Numbered from the whole stretch's first letter, positions 50,801-63,397 are shown. The stretch is 63,765 nt of DNA, filler included, from Reclinomonas americana ATCC 50394 (GCA_048213135.1; 8 parts of 8 records of this genome joined end to end with filler, not necessarily neighbours in it), one strand, 5' to 3'. Numbers and translations are program-made. The notes: a model not told the origin generated them from the sequence alone.

Positions 50801-53800
50801 TCCATCAGCGAAGGTACGCACGATTTTCAGAATGTGGTGATTGGATTGTGCACGACTCTCAACATGATTTCCATCTGCACAGCAAACGTGGCTCCGAGCA
50901 GCATCACACTGTCGTCGTTGCTGTACGATCCGACACAACTGCCTCTCGCACTGGTCGGCACGCTCAGCTGTGCCGACGTGAACACGGGGCAGACGTGCTC
51001 CTTCACGGTGCTCCCCATTGGCGACGGTCCTCTGTTTCGAGTGACGAACGGCAATCAGTTGTATATCAGCAGCGCTACCGAGACGACCACGCCACTCAGC
51101 GTCAGCATCCAGACGACCGACAGTGGTGCGCCACCTCTGTCTTTCACGCAGTTGTTTACCATCAATGCTGGTGAGTCCGGCTCATGGCAGCGTGCTTCTT
51201 GTTTTTCCTAAAATACTCATTTTCTGTCTCTGTTCACCGCAGCCAATCTCCCGCCCACGGGTCTCACACTCTCTCCGACTGACTATCGCCCGCCGCTGGC
51301 CCTGAACTCCGTGGTTGGCACACTGTCGGCCACGGATGCCAACTGCTGCCAGACGCTGACATACCGGCTGGTGGGTGGCGCTGATCAGGCCAAGTTTGCG
51401 ATTGTGGGCAATCAGCTGCGCAGCAACGTGGCTGGCGGGCTCACGGGCACAGGATTGCAAGTGAGTGTNNNNNNNNNNNNNNNNNNNNNNNNNNNNNNNN
51501 NNNNNNNNNNNNTTAATTAATTAANNNNNNNNNNNNNNNNNNNNNNNNNNNNNNNNNNNNNNNNNNNNGGAGGTGGCGGACGGCGCTGGAGGGACGCAGG
51601 TCAGGTCGTTTGTGGTCAACGAAGGTGCGAGGCGGAGAAGGGGGGAGATAAGGGAAAGGGTAAAGGGGGAAGAGAGAGACGGAGGGAAAGAGGAGAGGGG
51701 GAGAAGAGTCGAGATCGTGAAATTACTTTCGTGGTTTCAATCTGTAGATAAGACTCAAGCAGAGTGTATGAGAGAGAGAGAGAGACAGAGATAGATGCTA
51801 TACAGTGCGAGAAAGAAAACAAAAATGAGCACGAGTGAGAGAGAGAGAGAAACAGAATGAGACATCGCATGAGACAACGAGGGAAGGAGAGACAGAGACG
51901 AGGGATATTAGATAGCTGCCCCTTTCCATTGCTCTCTCGTTTTATGCTTCCCTCCCTAAACATTCTCTTGCTGCTTGTGACGCAGTGAATATCCCCTCCA
52001 CTCGCATCGTGCTCTCTGCCGCGACATACTCCCCGCCAACGGCGGCGGCGAACCAACTCATCGGCTCGCTGTCCACTGTGGATCTCAACTGCTGTCAATT
52101 GTTTTCGTACACGATTGCCGGTGGCGCAGACGCCGCGCTGTTCGACATTATCAACGGCAACCAATTGGTGCTGCGCCTTGCCGGTCAGCGCGGAAGCAAC
52201 TTGTCAATCATCATTCAGTCGACCGATAATGCCATGCCTGCGCTCTCGATGCAACAATCGTTCAGTGTCAACGAAGGTGAGCTGTCTGGTTGTGGAACTT
52301 CGTATTTGATGTACGCTTCCTCACCATCTTCGCATGCAGTCAATGTGCCACCAACTGACATTACACTGTCGTCGAACACATACGCACCGCCGACTGCGAT
52401 GACTGGCGTCGTTGTCGGCACGCTTTCGACGGTGGACGGCAACAGCAACGAGTCGTTCACGTACTCGGTTGTTGGCGGTGCTGCGGCTTCGTATTTTTCG
52501 ATTGTCAACAACAATCAGCTGGCTCTCTTGCCGGTGGGACTGGTGGGCAATGGATTCCGTGTGATTGTCCGAACTGCGGATCGATTTGGCGTCACGTTTG
52601 ACAAGATGTTTACCGTGAATGATGGTGTGGAGGGAGGGAGGGGAGGGGAGGGGAGAGGGAGAGAGGGATATGGAGAGGGAGAGGGGAGAGGGGACAGGGG
52701 AGAGAGAAGAGGGAGAGAGAGAGTGAGAGAGGGAGAATGGGCCAACGGATGAAGCTGCAACCTGTGGCTTCAGTCTTGTATCTGATTTTATCCTCATTCT
52801 TCCTTTCCCTTGCTCACCTTTGTTGATTCGAGCTTCGGTGGGTGTTTTTCAGTTGTACTCTCATTCATTTCTCTCTCTCTCTCTCATGCGTCTGGCGTTC
52901 GAGCGTTGTTTGGTTGTAACGTGCTGCACATGCCCTGTTTCATTGCCCTTGTGGTGTTTTGCTCGGTGAGGTGGTGGCCCTTTTTCGCTCCCTTCCCTCC
53001 CTGGCCTTCTTCTCCCTTCCATGGCCACCTCTGTCAGACATTGAGCTTTCGTACGTTCCCTGTTATTTCCTGCTGCTCACTCTTTCTCATCGAATGTGCG
53101 TTGTATTCACTCTTGTCCTCCCCCTCGTACAGCGAATGTTCCGCCGACCGACATGGCGCTGTCGACCAATGTCTACACGCCCAACTGGCCCCTTCCCAAC
53201 CTGGTTGTCGGTGTGCTGTTAGTGACCGACGCCAACATTGCCGACACGTACACCTTCAGTGTCACCGGCGGCGCCGATGCTGCGAGCTTCACGATCAATG
53301 GTTCCTCACTAGTCACTCGTGTGGCTCGCGTCACCGGGAACAGGCTTGTTGTTGAAGTTACTGGCACGTGTGCGGCCAGCGGCGATGTGATTACGCGGAC
53401 ATTCACCCTGGATGAGAGTTTCGTGACTCGACGAGCCAGAGCTTGTTGTAGTAGCACGCTCTGTTGACCCCCTCTCTCTCCCTTGCTTTCCAACACACAG
53501 GAAATGTGTTCCCCACCGCGGTGCAACTTAGCAACACGTCGTATGTGCCGCCTGGCACGACTGCCAACGTGGTTGTCGGAGCACTGACGGCTGTGGACGA
53601 CAACTGTTGTCAGACATTCACATTTACTGTGGTCGGCGGCATCGATGCCATGCGTTTCTACGTTGGCTCGGATTCGATGCTGTATCTGCGCTACGACACG
53701 ACGATTGTGTCGCGACTGCAAGTGCAGATTCAAGTGAGCGACGGACTGGGTGGACAATGCGTCAGCTCGTTCACCATATCGGAAGGTGCGTTGGAGAGAA

Positions 53801-56800
53801 GGGCGACGCACTCAGAGATAGAGGAAGAGGGAGAGACGATCCCATGTTGTCGTCCGCAATCTCACGCTCCTGCTCTCCATCTGTCACAGCCAATGTGCAA
53901 CCGACGGACATATTACTGTCATCCTCAACGTATGTGCCGCGGAGTGCCGTCGGTAACATGATCATCGGCACGCTGTCGACGGTGGACGCCAATGTCGGAC
54001 AGGATCATGTGTATGCGGTGGTCGGCGGTGCGGCACAGGCTCAGTTTACCGTGACCGATTCCAACAAGCTGCTCCTCGTACCGGCCAACGTCGCCGGCAA
54101 TGGACTCGAGGTGGTGGTACGCACCACGGATGCTGCGGGTCTTGTGTTTGACAAGACGCTCCTGATCAACGAAGGTGTGTCTCGATGATCCCAATCGGTG
54201 CTTGATGTGTGCTGATGATGTGGTGGGTGCATGCAGTCAACGTGCCTCCCTCGAACATCCGGCTGCTTCCCAACGCAACCTATACGCCCCCGACAGTGGC
54301 ACCTAACACGGCTATCGGCACACTGGCCACGGACGACGACAACACCAACGACACATTCACGTACACGCTCCTGGGTGGGCCCTCTGCTTCCCTCTTCCGG
54401 ATCATCAATGGCTCGACATTGGCGCTGCGCAACGCGCAGCAACGTGGCGCCCGGTTCACTGTCACAGTGCGCTCGACGGACTCGGGAGGGGCGTTCTTGG
54501 ACAAAGTCCTGACTATCACCGATGGTGTGCGGTTTGGCGTTCACTTACTTTTGTGTTTGTGGATGTGTGCTTTGCTGATCGTTATCAATCTGGACAGTGC
54601 CTGTCGCGCCGACGGACATTGTGCTGTCGAATGCCGTGTACACGCCACCTGTTGCCGCGGTGAACACGCTGGTTGGCATCTTGTCGGCAGTGGACGACAA
54701 CACCGAGGACACGTTCACGTATGAGATTGTGCCGGGAATGGATGCGGTGAGTGTGGGGGACGGAAGAAGAAGAAGGGAAAGCGACGAAAGAGAGTCGAAC
54801 TGGCTGCAAGAACTCTTGAAGGAGGAAGAGTAGTCGATCAAGTGACAAGAGTGAGAGAGCAAGTCAACAGACGTTGTGCGACAGATTGGATATGGGGGAA
54901 GAAGGAGGGGGGAGGGCGACGATTGAGAGTCAATCTGGCTGCAAGAGTTCTACAAAGAGGAAGAGTAGTCGATAAGTGACAAGGGCAAGACAACAGAAAC
55001 TGTGTGAGAGAATGAAAATGGGGGACGGAAGAAGAAGGGAGAGAGACAAAAGGTAGTCGAACTGGCTGCAAGAATTCTTGAAGGAGGACGAGTAGTTGAT
55101 CAAGTGACAAGAGTGAGAGAGCAAGACAACAGATGTTGTGCGAGAGTGTAGATTTACTGTCTGGAGAGTGAGAAAAGAGAGGGCACATGAGGTGAAAGAG
55201 AGGCAGTCAGTGAGCGTACATCTGTGTGTGACAGAGAGAGTGGCAGAGGGGGTAGCGCTGCGTGAGGAGTCAGCATCTGAGCTTTGCACCCACTGTCTCC
55301 TGTTCCACTCATTACTCTGTCTTTCCTACAGTCACACTTCGCCATTGTCGACGACCAGCTGCTGATGACGCAAGTTGGTGACACGGGGACGCTGCGAGTG
55401 CGGATCACGGTCACGGACTCGACAGAAAACACGTTCACGAAGCTCTTTGTGATCGGCGAGGGTGCGTTGAAGGAAACCCGACTCGCCAGTTCATCGTACG
55501 TTATTCTCAATCCTGCACAGCGCATTTGATGCCCACGGCACTGACGATGAATCGCACCACTTTCCCACTGGGACTCGTACTCGGCGGCACCATTGCAACC
55601 CTGCATACCGCCCATCCGAATTGCTGTGTCAGCCTGGTGTATTCGATTGTCGGAGGGGCGGATGCGGTTCGTTTTTCCATGCCTGTTCTTCTTCGTTGGT
55701 CTTCTCGGCTCTCACGCCATATGTGCGTTTGCAGACCAAGTTCCGCATCCAAGGAGACAAGCTGGTGTCAGATGTGTCTCCGCTCGTTGGCATAAATCTG
55801 GAGGTGGTGATACAGACCGACGACCAGCAGGGTGGCGTGCTGCAGAAGACGTTTTTGATTTCCGAAGGTGATTTTGCATGCCGCTTTGTGCGCTCCTCTG
55901 CCACTCATGGTACTCACCGGACATGTGCATGCTTTCGTTTTACAGAGGCCGTCGCACCCAGTGCACTTTCCCTCTCGGCCACCACCTACGTGCCACGCAC
56001 GCTGATACCCAACTATGTTGTCGGCACGCTGACGACCACCGACGCCAACTGCTGCGATTCGTTCACATATTCGATTCGGGGAGGCGGTCAGGCGGCCCTG
56101 TTCAACATTGCTGGCAACAAGCTGCGCTTCACGAAGGAGAACATTGGCGGCCAACCGCTGGAGGTAACGGTGCGCACAACAGATTCGGGCGGCTTGTGGG
56201 TGGAGAGGAGCTTTATTATCATGGAGGGTGAGTGCGATGCAACGAATGCTTGTCGATGCCACTTTTGCCGCTCATCAATTCGTCTCTTGGCAGCGAACGC
56301 GGTGCCGGTGGGCGTGGTGATTGAACCGCTGCTGTTCAAGGGGCCGGCGTCGCGGAATGGACTGGTGGGGCGTCTTCGTGCGCTGGATGCCAACTGTTGT
56401 CAGTCGCACACATTTACGTTGGTTGGCGGCGCTGCTCAGGTTTTTTCATTGTCCACTTGTTGCTTTTTGCTTGTTCGTTTGTTGTGATAAAGATCGCTGA
56501 CTCCTGGCTCGCGTGTTACAGGACAAGTTCTACATTGCTACCACGGAGCTGAGGGTGAATGTGGATCGATTGTCGGGCAGCGGAATGGAGGTGGTGATCT
56601 TGGTGGATGACGGACAGGGTGGTCGAGTGAACAGCACGCTGGTGATTGGAGAAGGTGAGGAGAGGAGAGGGAGGGAGAGGGGAGAGAGGGAAGGAGGGAG
56701 AAGGTGAGTAGAGGGAGAAGGAGGAGGAGGCTAAGGAGAGGGAATGGGAGAGGGAAGAGGGACGAGAGAGGGAGGGAGTGGAAGAGGAATAGGAGAGAGG

Positions 56801-59800
56801 GAAAGGGGAAGGAGAGGAGAGGGAGGAGAGGGAGGTAGAGGGAGGGAGAGGAGAGCGAGTGATCGGCTAAGCAGTTGCTGACGTTCGTGCCAAAGTAAGA
56901 TGAGTGTGTGTGAGAAAGAAGACGGCAGGAGGAGATGAGAACAACATAGTGCGCAGCAGAAAGAAGGTTGTCTTTTGATTATCGCGGAAAGGAAGAGTTT
57001 GTTGATATGTATCCGCTGTCTGTGCTAGATTTAGAGGGATAGGTTATTCGATTCCTCCATGTGATGGAGATCGTATTAATGTGCATGATCGTGTCACTCA
57101 CCCCGCCACTCACAGAACCACCGCCGCCTCCGCCTCCTCCCTCCGTCTCCCTCGCCCCTGGCGTGGCAACAAGTGTTCCCTCCGGCACCACAACGCTGGC
57201 CACCAGTGTGGTGTATGCCAACTCGGGCAACGCGGTCAACTGGCTTTCCTCTGCCGTGATGACAACCAAAGTCAATGTGGAGCTGTGGGTGCTTGTGAAT
57301 GGTGCGTTTGTTTGCAACTTGACACAAAGAGCTGGATAACTTCTCATCCTTTCGCGTCCCAGGCACCTTTGTAAAACAAGCAGAATTGGCCAGTGGAGTG
57401 GACAGCACATTGTCGACCGCCGAGCTGGATGCGTCGCTGAAGGCGGTGAGAGGCTTGGTGTCGTCGAGCACCACGCTTCGAGTGGTGGTGACGGAGGCGT
57501 CGACGAATGGCACGGTGGTGGGGTTGACGGATCCGTTTATGCTGAAATGTTGAGGAGGGGGAAGAGGAAAGGGGGAAGGGGAGAGGCGGAAGTGGAACGA
57601 GAAGGGGAGAAGAGGGATAGAAAGGAAGTGGAGAAAGAGGCGGGAACTTGTTGAAAAGAAAGTGGGTTCACAATAGAAAGCGGGAGAAAGTGCAGAAACG
57701 TAGTGGCATTGAGATCAGGAAAGAGAAGAGAGAGGGCGGGGGGAGGGGGACGGTGCGAGACAGAGACAGAGAGAGACTGGAAGTAAGAGAGTGAGAGAGT
57801 TTAATGGCGGAGGAGAGAGAGATATGAGGGGACGAAGAGAGACAGAGACACAGAGAGATAGGAAACAGAAGAGTGAGAAAGGAGTCTAGTGGCAGTGGCG
57901 AGAGAGAAATGAGAGGACGATGAGAGACAGAGACACAGAGAGAGACAGAAAGTAAGAGTGAGAAAGGAGTTTAGTGGCAGAGGAGTGAGAGGCGAGAGGG
58001 AGAATTGATGTGTGAAAGCACAGAACGAGAATCAGAGAGAGCTTAAACAGGGTCTCAAAAGCTGAGATATAGAGTGTCATCATAGACGGTTGTGCGAGGA
58101 CTGAAGGGGAGCAAAGATGAAGACAGAGAAAGAGAAATGCAGCGGATTCGTGCACAGAACAAGAAACGGAGAACTTATTGGGGAATGGAGCGAGATTGTG
58201 AGGAACGTGAGTGGAGCGAGAGAGCACGAGAAACGCAGTTGCCAGATGAATGAGAATGGCATCGAGCAGTTGACTGCGTACTCACTATTTCTTTCACCAT
58301 TGCAGATCCGAGCATTGCAAGTCGTGCATCGGCCACTCAGACGGAACCAGCGTCAATCATTGAGCCGCTGTTTGTCACGTGGATTTGTGACGGACCACCC
58401 AAGGCCACCAACTTTACCATAAGTGTGAGTCTTGCATGACCGTCTGATTGAGAAGCGACAGCCAGCACTTACACAAGCTGCAGTTGCAACAACGGTCCAG
58501 CTCTGGTGGCTCGCTCGTGTCACTTGGGCGTGTGGCGACGCACGTGCTCGGCGCGTGTACTGCCGGTGCCAGTTCCACGGTCTCGACGTCGCGTGATGCA
58601 ATCAGCGGCACGGCCGCCGAGCTGGCTCGTGCGTTGAACGGCACCAACACGGCTGCGCTGACGTTGTCCACGAGTGCCAGTGGGCTGAGACTGCAGAGTG
58701 GTACGGACTACGTGTTCGAGGTGACACCAGAGGTCGACGATGTGTCGTTGTATGACATCTCGCCGACGTCGGCGTTTCGAGTTTTTGGTGAGTGGCGGAA
58801 GGGGGGCAGGGGGCGGTGGAGAAGATGATTGATGATGAGAGTGGAGGTGTCTTTACTGACAGGTGGCTGTGAGGGGAAATTAGCGATAAGGAGAGACAGT
58901 TGTTGAGAGTGAGAGAGAGAGAATGTGTGAGAGATGTGGTGTTTGATGAGATAATGAGCAAGTGCACCTCGCTTGTGAAGAGAACCTGTGAGTGTTGGTG
59001 AACGTGCAAGACCCTGAGTAGTGCTGCAGTCGTCTGAGTACCATCGTTGTGGCATTCGAATCATGCTTGCACGTGACCTGTCATTTTCATCTCTAGATCT
59101 GTTTTGTGTGTCGGCAACTCTCACTCACCCTGGTTGGGCTACAGATCCCACCTCCGTGTTCGCGACATCCACGTGCCCATCCTCCATTCGATGCTGGTAC
59201 TGGATTGCGCTGATGGCTGCTGGAGGCACTCTGCTGTGCATGATCACCACCTGCTGCTGCATGTTTGCCTGCTACCGTCGTCGGCAACGACGTCGTGTCG
59301 GGGGCGCGAAACTCGGTCCGGGCGCCAGCTGGCTGCTGGATCGCGATGCGACTTTCGTGCAGTTTGTCGTGTCGCCAAGTCTGTGGTGTGCTCGACGTGC
59401 TGGTCGAAAGGCGGATACAAAGGCAATCACCACGCTGACGATGATTGATTTGCCGGCGACTCGTTGCGTGCGAATCCGTGCTTGCAGCTCAGCATGCGTT
59501 CCGCTTACCTGCGATATTCACAGCCATCAACTTGGCCACTGCGCCGCAACCTCGTTGCGTCTCATTGTAATCGCTTCTACTATCTGCCTCTCTGAGTTTT
59601 CGTCCAGAACTCCATCACTTCGCGGTGATCTCTTTCTCTCTTTTTCTTTGTTTCTGTCTCCTTGTCTCTCTCTCTCTCTTTGTCTTTCTCCGTCTTTCTT
59701 TGTCTCGGTCCCCTTATGTATCTCTCTGTTTCTCTTCCCTTCTCTCTCTCTCCCCTTCTCTCTATTACACTTGATTTTCTCAATTGCTACTCCTTGTCCT

Positions 59801-60795
59801 TTGCTGCAGCGCCGTCACCGTCTGTCACTTCCCCAACATCACCGCCAGCGAAGCTTCCCGCCGTCCACTTCTTCAGCCCTGCTCCACCACCACCCTTGCC
59901 GCCACAGCTGCCATCGCCGTCTGCGAGCACGGTGTCGCCAGACAGCGTGCGTGTACACGTCGATGTGCCGCGGCAGCCCGTGTTGCGATTACCAAACCTG
60001 CCCACACTGTCGGAATTCACCATGCGCACTGGCGTCCATCTACCAATGTCACTACCTGGCGTGGTGCCGCGGCTGCCACATACGCTAAGCCATACCCGCA
60101 GCCACATGGCACTGGCGCTGGCACCACCACCACCGCCGCCGCCGATACTCTCCCGATTGCCTGTGGCGACAAGGAGCGCAAGTGAGGTGGATGAAGTGTT
60201 GTTGGTACCGGCGAAACCGAGTACTGTTGGCGAGATGTCGATACCGCAGCTGCCACCGCCACCGCGAAACCCATTGCTGCAGGTGCCGCCACCGCTGTCG
60301 GTAAGTGCAGTGGGCAGGAACGAGAATGCTGGTAGAGCTGGCAGGAGAGAGAGAGAGAGAGGAAGCTGAGGGACGCAGTCTCTCTTTTGCAGTCGTGTTC
60401 TTTGTCGTTGTGCGACAGGCTGTGAAAGATACATTGCCGTCGTGGTGGTCTGTGTTGGAAAGCCAAGAATACGCTGAGCAGGCAGTGATTTCTCTGCAAC
60501 TCTTTATCTTACACAACGTTCTCCGCAGATTCCGCTTCCACTGTCACGCGGAGGAGAGACGACGAGGACCCTGGGGGCCCGACGACCGAGTCTGTCGTTG
60601 CAAATGGCGGTTCCATTACCGCCGGCACGAGTGCGTATGCCAGTGGTGTCGTGGGTTGTGCGTGCGCAGGAGTTGACCATTGTGGTGTGCGTGCAGCTGC
60701 AACGGGCACAACTGTCAGAGGCGAGCGGTGGCGCGACGGGTGCACGCGAAGAGCCAGTGGGCAGGCAGAGCCAGGTTGCAGGAGGCAGCGACTGA
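44286..60795 (+). CDS. Giant type-I membrane adhesin: bacterial Ig-like + IPT/TIG-like + ~29 cadherin-like repeats + two further beta domains + TM + Pro-rich tail (5' partial)
   Basis: ~93-aa repeats (NVxPTAPTLS...IGTLSSTDPNTGQTLTFTIxGG...FNISG...VTVQVSDGAGG...FxISE) between 45000 and 56654; TM WIALMAAGGTLLCMITTCCCMFACY followed by RRRQRRR; tail exons run to TGA at 60793-60795. Confidence 0.88.
54756..55143. repeat. ~130-bp tandem triplication inside an intron of the adhesin gene
   Basis: ggggacggaagaagaa...ctggctgcaagaa...caagtgacaagagtgagagagcaag at 54756 and 55021, with a degenerate copy between. Confidence 0.85.
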
Positions 60796-60992
60796 CAGTG
60801 GGATTGAGGTGTGTGTGTTGCAAACAGTTCGTGACGCGAATACAACCGTGCGCGTGCTTTGGAATGTTTTACACACAAGTTTCGCTCACAATGGATGGGA
60901 TGTCGTGGCCTTCGGTCTGCGAACCAAGAGGTGAGACACTATAGACAAGGCACGTGCATTTTGGTACTTCACTATGCACATGTTTGGTGATG

Positions 60993-61030
<38 letters not shown>

Positions 61031-61842
61031 GAGAGAGAGAGTAGTAGAGGAGGACGGTAGTAGTACGTCTANNNNNNNNNNNNNNNNNNNNNNNNNNNNN
61101 NNNNNNNNNNNNNNNTTAATTAATTAANNNNNNNNNNNNNNNNNNNNNNNNNNNNNNNNNNNNNNNNNNNNCTTGCTGAATCTGTAATAATAGAAACTTC
61201 ACTGATCCATACACAATAATAAGCATCTTAGAGATAGATACCAGTGATCGCCAACAAGGTGCTTTGTCCTTCTGCAACTAATACTTTGAAGTGTGTTATC
61301 GATGTTGAGAATAAAGCCCCTATTCAGGACGCACAGCCTCCAGGCCAGGAAGACGACTGCCAACAACTACAGATCTACAGCAACAACAACAACAACAACA
61401 ACAACGACAACAGCATCACTAACCCCAACAACTTCAGAGCTACACAGCTGCATGATGATTTAGATCTCTTCCTGCATCCCTAGGCCTGTTCGTCGCATCC
61501 ATCCGTCTCACGAGTTGTTGTTTCTCTTGTAAAAACTCCAGCATGAGGCACTGAAGATGGATCCATGGAGATCAACACGCAGCTAGCTGTGTTGCTGTTT
61601 TGATTAGAATGTTGTTGTTGTTGTTGTTATTGTTGTACAATTGTTGTTGTTGTTCAATTGCAGTTGCCAAGCAGGTCGGGGTCTTGTGGTGTGCATTGTC
61701 AGGCCCAGTCCAGTTGCAGTGTGAACACATGCATGCGCAGAAGAGGCAGCAATTCCCAACACTTGCCCATCTGTGGCAACATGTATTCTGCAAACTGCTT
61801 CATTCGCAACACTGACAGCTGTCAATGTGAACACCTGTCACG

Positions 61843-62561
61843 TTAATGCGTTGGAACAATGATCAAGACGGCGGGCACCTCCGACGTGCAACGCGTGTGG
61901 TGCCCCTTCCCAGGCTTGTCATCGAGAATCAGAATGTCGCCTGCGCTGAATACCCGTTCTTCTCCATCAGAGGCGGTGATGCTCAGCGACCCGCGAAACA
62001 CAAACGCATACGATCTCTGTGTGCATGTGAAATGAGCGTGCTCTCATGTAGATGCCATAGCCCCGTGGGCGACAGATAATGCACTCACATGGGCCGTGGT
62101 GTGCAGCGGAAACTTGTCAACCTCGGAGGAGATTTGCAGTACTCGCGGACCAGGGATGGGCGCCGACGATGGCACCCTCACTCTGGTGCTCAGCGACGGA
62201 TGCCGACTCGCAAGGTTGTCGGTGAGAAACGACGACCACCGCGCTCCAATGGCCACACCGTCGCCATACGTGCTGTCGGTGGTCAGCAGTGGCTCCACCA
62301 CTCGAAAATGTGAGTTGCCGGCGGCGTCGGACTCGAGAGCTGTCACTGACAATGGCTGTACACGTGGTGTGTGTGCGTGCACCATCTGCTCAGGATGCAC
62401 ACCACGGCGTGACACGAGTCGCTCCAGCTCACCTGGATAAGTTGCGTACTTGCAATTGCACCGGTGACATTTGTTGTGCACGTGCTCCTCCACTCACACC
62501 CGCCGGCAAATCGCCGACCACAGAATTGGCCGACCCACAGTCTGCGCAGGGCAAGAAACAT
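61843..62561 (-). CDS. Bacterial-type small cupin with putative mitochondrial presequence (last exon absent from the ORF track)
   Basis: ALESDAAGNSHF...FPLHTTAH|RSYAFVFRGSLSITASDGEERVFSAGDILILDDKPGKGHHTR...PTH*; first exon MFLALRRLWVGQFCGRRFAGG; two GT-AG introns. Confidence 0.75.
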
Positions 62562-63397
62562 GCGGATGTGTCTGAGCGCAAAAAAGAAAGGGAAAAAAGG
62601 TGAAAGGTGCGACACTCAAAAGATTCGAATATTCGATGTCATTGTGCGCATAATGAACAACGATTAGCAAAACAGGATTATCGATGAGGGTGCACGAGGT
62701 GGTGGTGGTAAGAGGCCGCAGAGCGAAAGAGAGGAGGGAAGACTGCGTCTGAAGTGACGGGCACAGCATGGTGGACATGCTGAGAAATTGAAAAAGGGCA
62801 AGATAGAAATTCGAAAAGGAGAAGAGAGAAGAAGAGCGAGAAAGAGAGAGAGAGTGAGTGAGTAGAAGAGAGAAAGAGGAAGACTGCTGCCCTGGAGGCG
62901 CTACATCGAAACAGCGAGATGGCCGCGCAACACCAGTGAGACACTGAGATACGGGAAGAGAAACAGGATGTCGTGGTACTACGCATTGAGCGAGTCATCG
63001 TGCACACGTGGGCTGCTGTGGCAGACAGAAAGCGGTGAACGCCACGAGGAGGAATGAGTGGACTGCGACGGATGGAAAACGCAACGCAACGGACGGTATG
63101 GCTAAGAGGGAGTGGGCAAGACGGGTGATCAGAGAATGCGAGAGAAAGGAAAGGGTTGGTGATCTCGTACGACGGACAGGGAGGGGACACGCGAGCGGGT
63201 GAGGAGGAGAACGGAACAATGTGTGTCGAGAGGATGCAGAAAACGGACGAGCGATAGACACGGTTGTGCGAATTCGCCCGTTCGACTGCCCCTCCTGGCA
63301 CTCTCGTACACCATTCCTCCTCGATGTGAACAAAACAACCCGGAAAACTATTTACTTCACGACAGGTAACAAAACGAGAGTGGCACTGGCTTCTCAC

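Noticed and set aside
51469..51568. Apparent interruption of the adhesin gene
   Set aside because: Flanks join seamlessly as CAA GTG AGT GT|G GAG GTG GCG GAC (QVSVEVADG), matching the repeat consensus; the true gap length is about zero.
61260..61800. Possible gene or transposon in the AT-richer (CAA)/(TTG) region
   Set aside because: No convincing exon chain, TIRs or transposase/RT motifs found.
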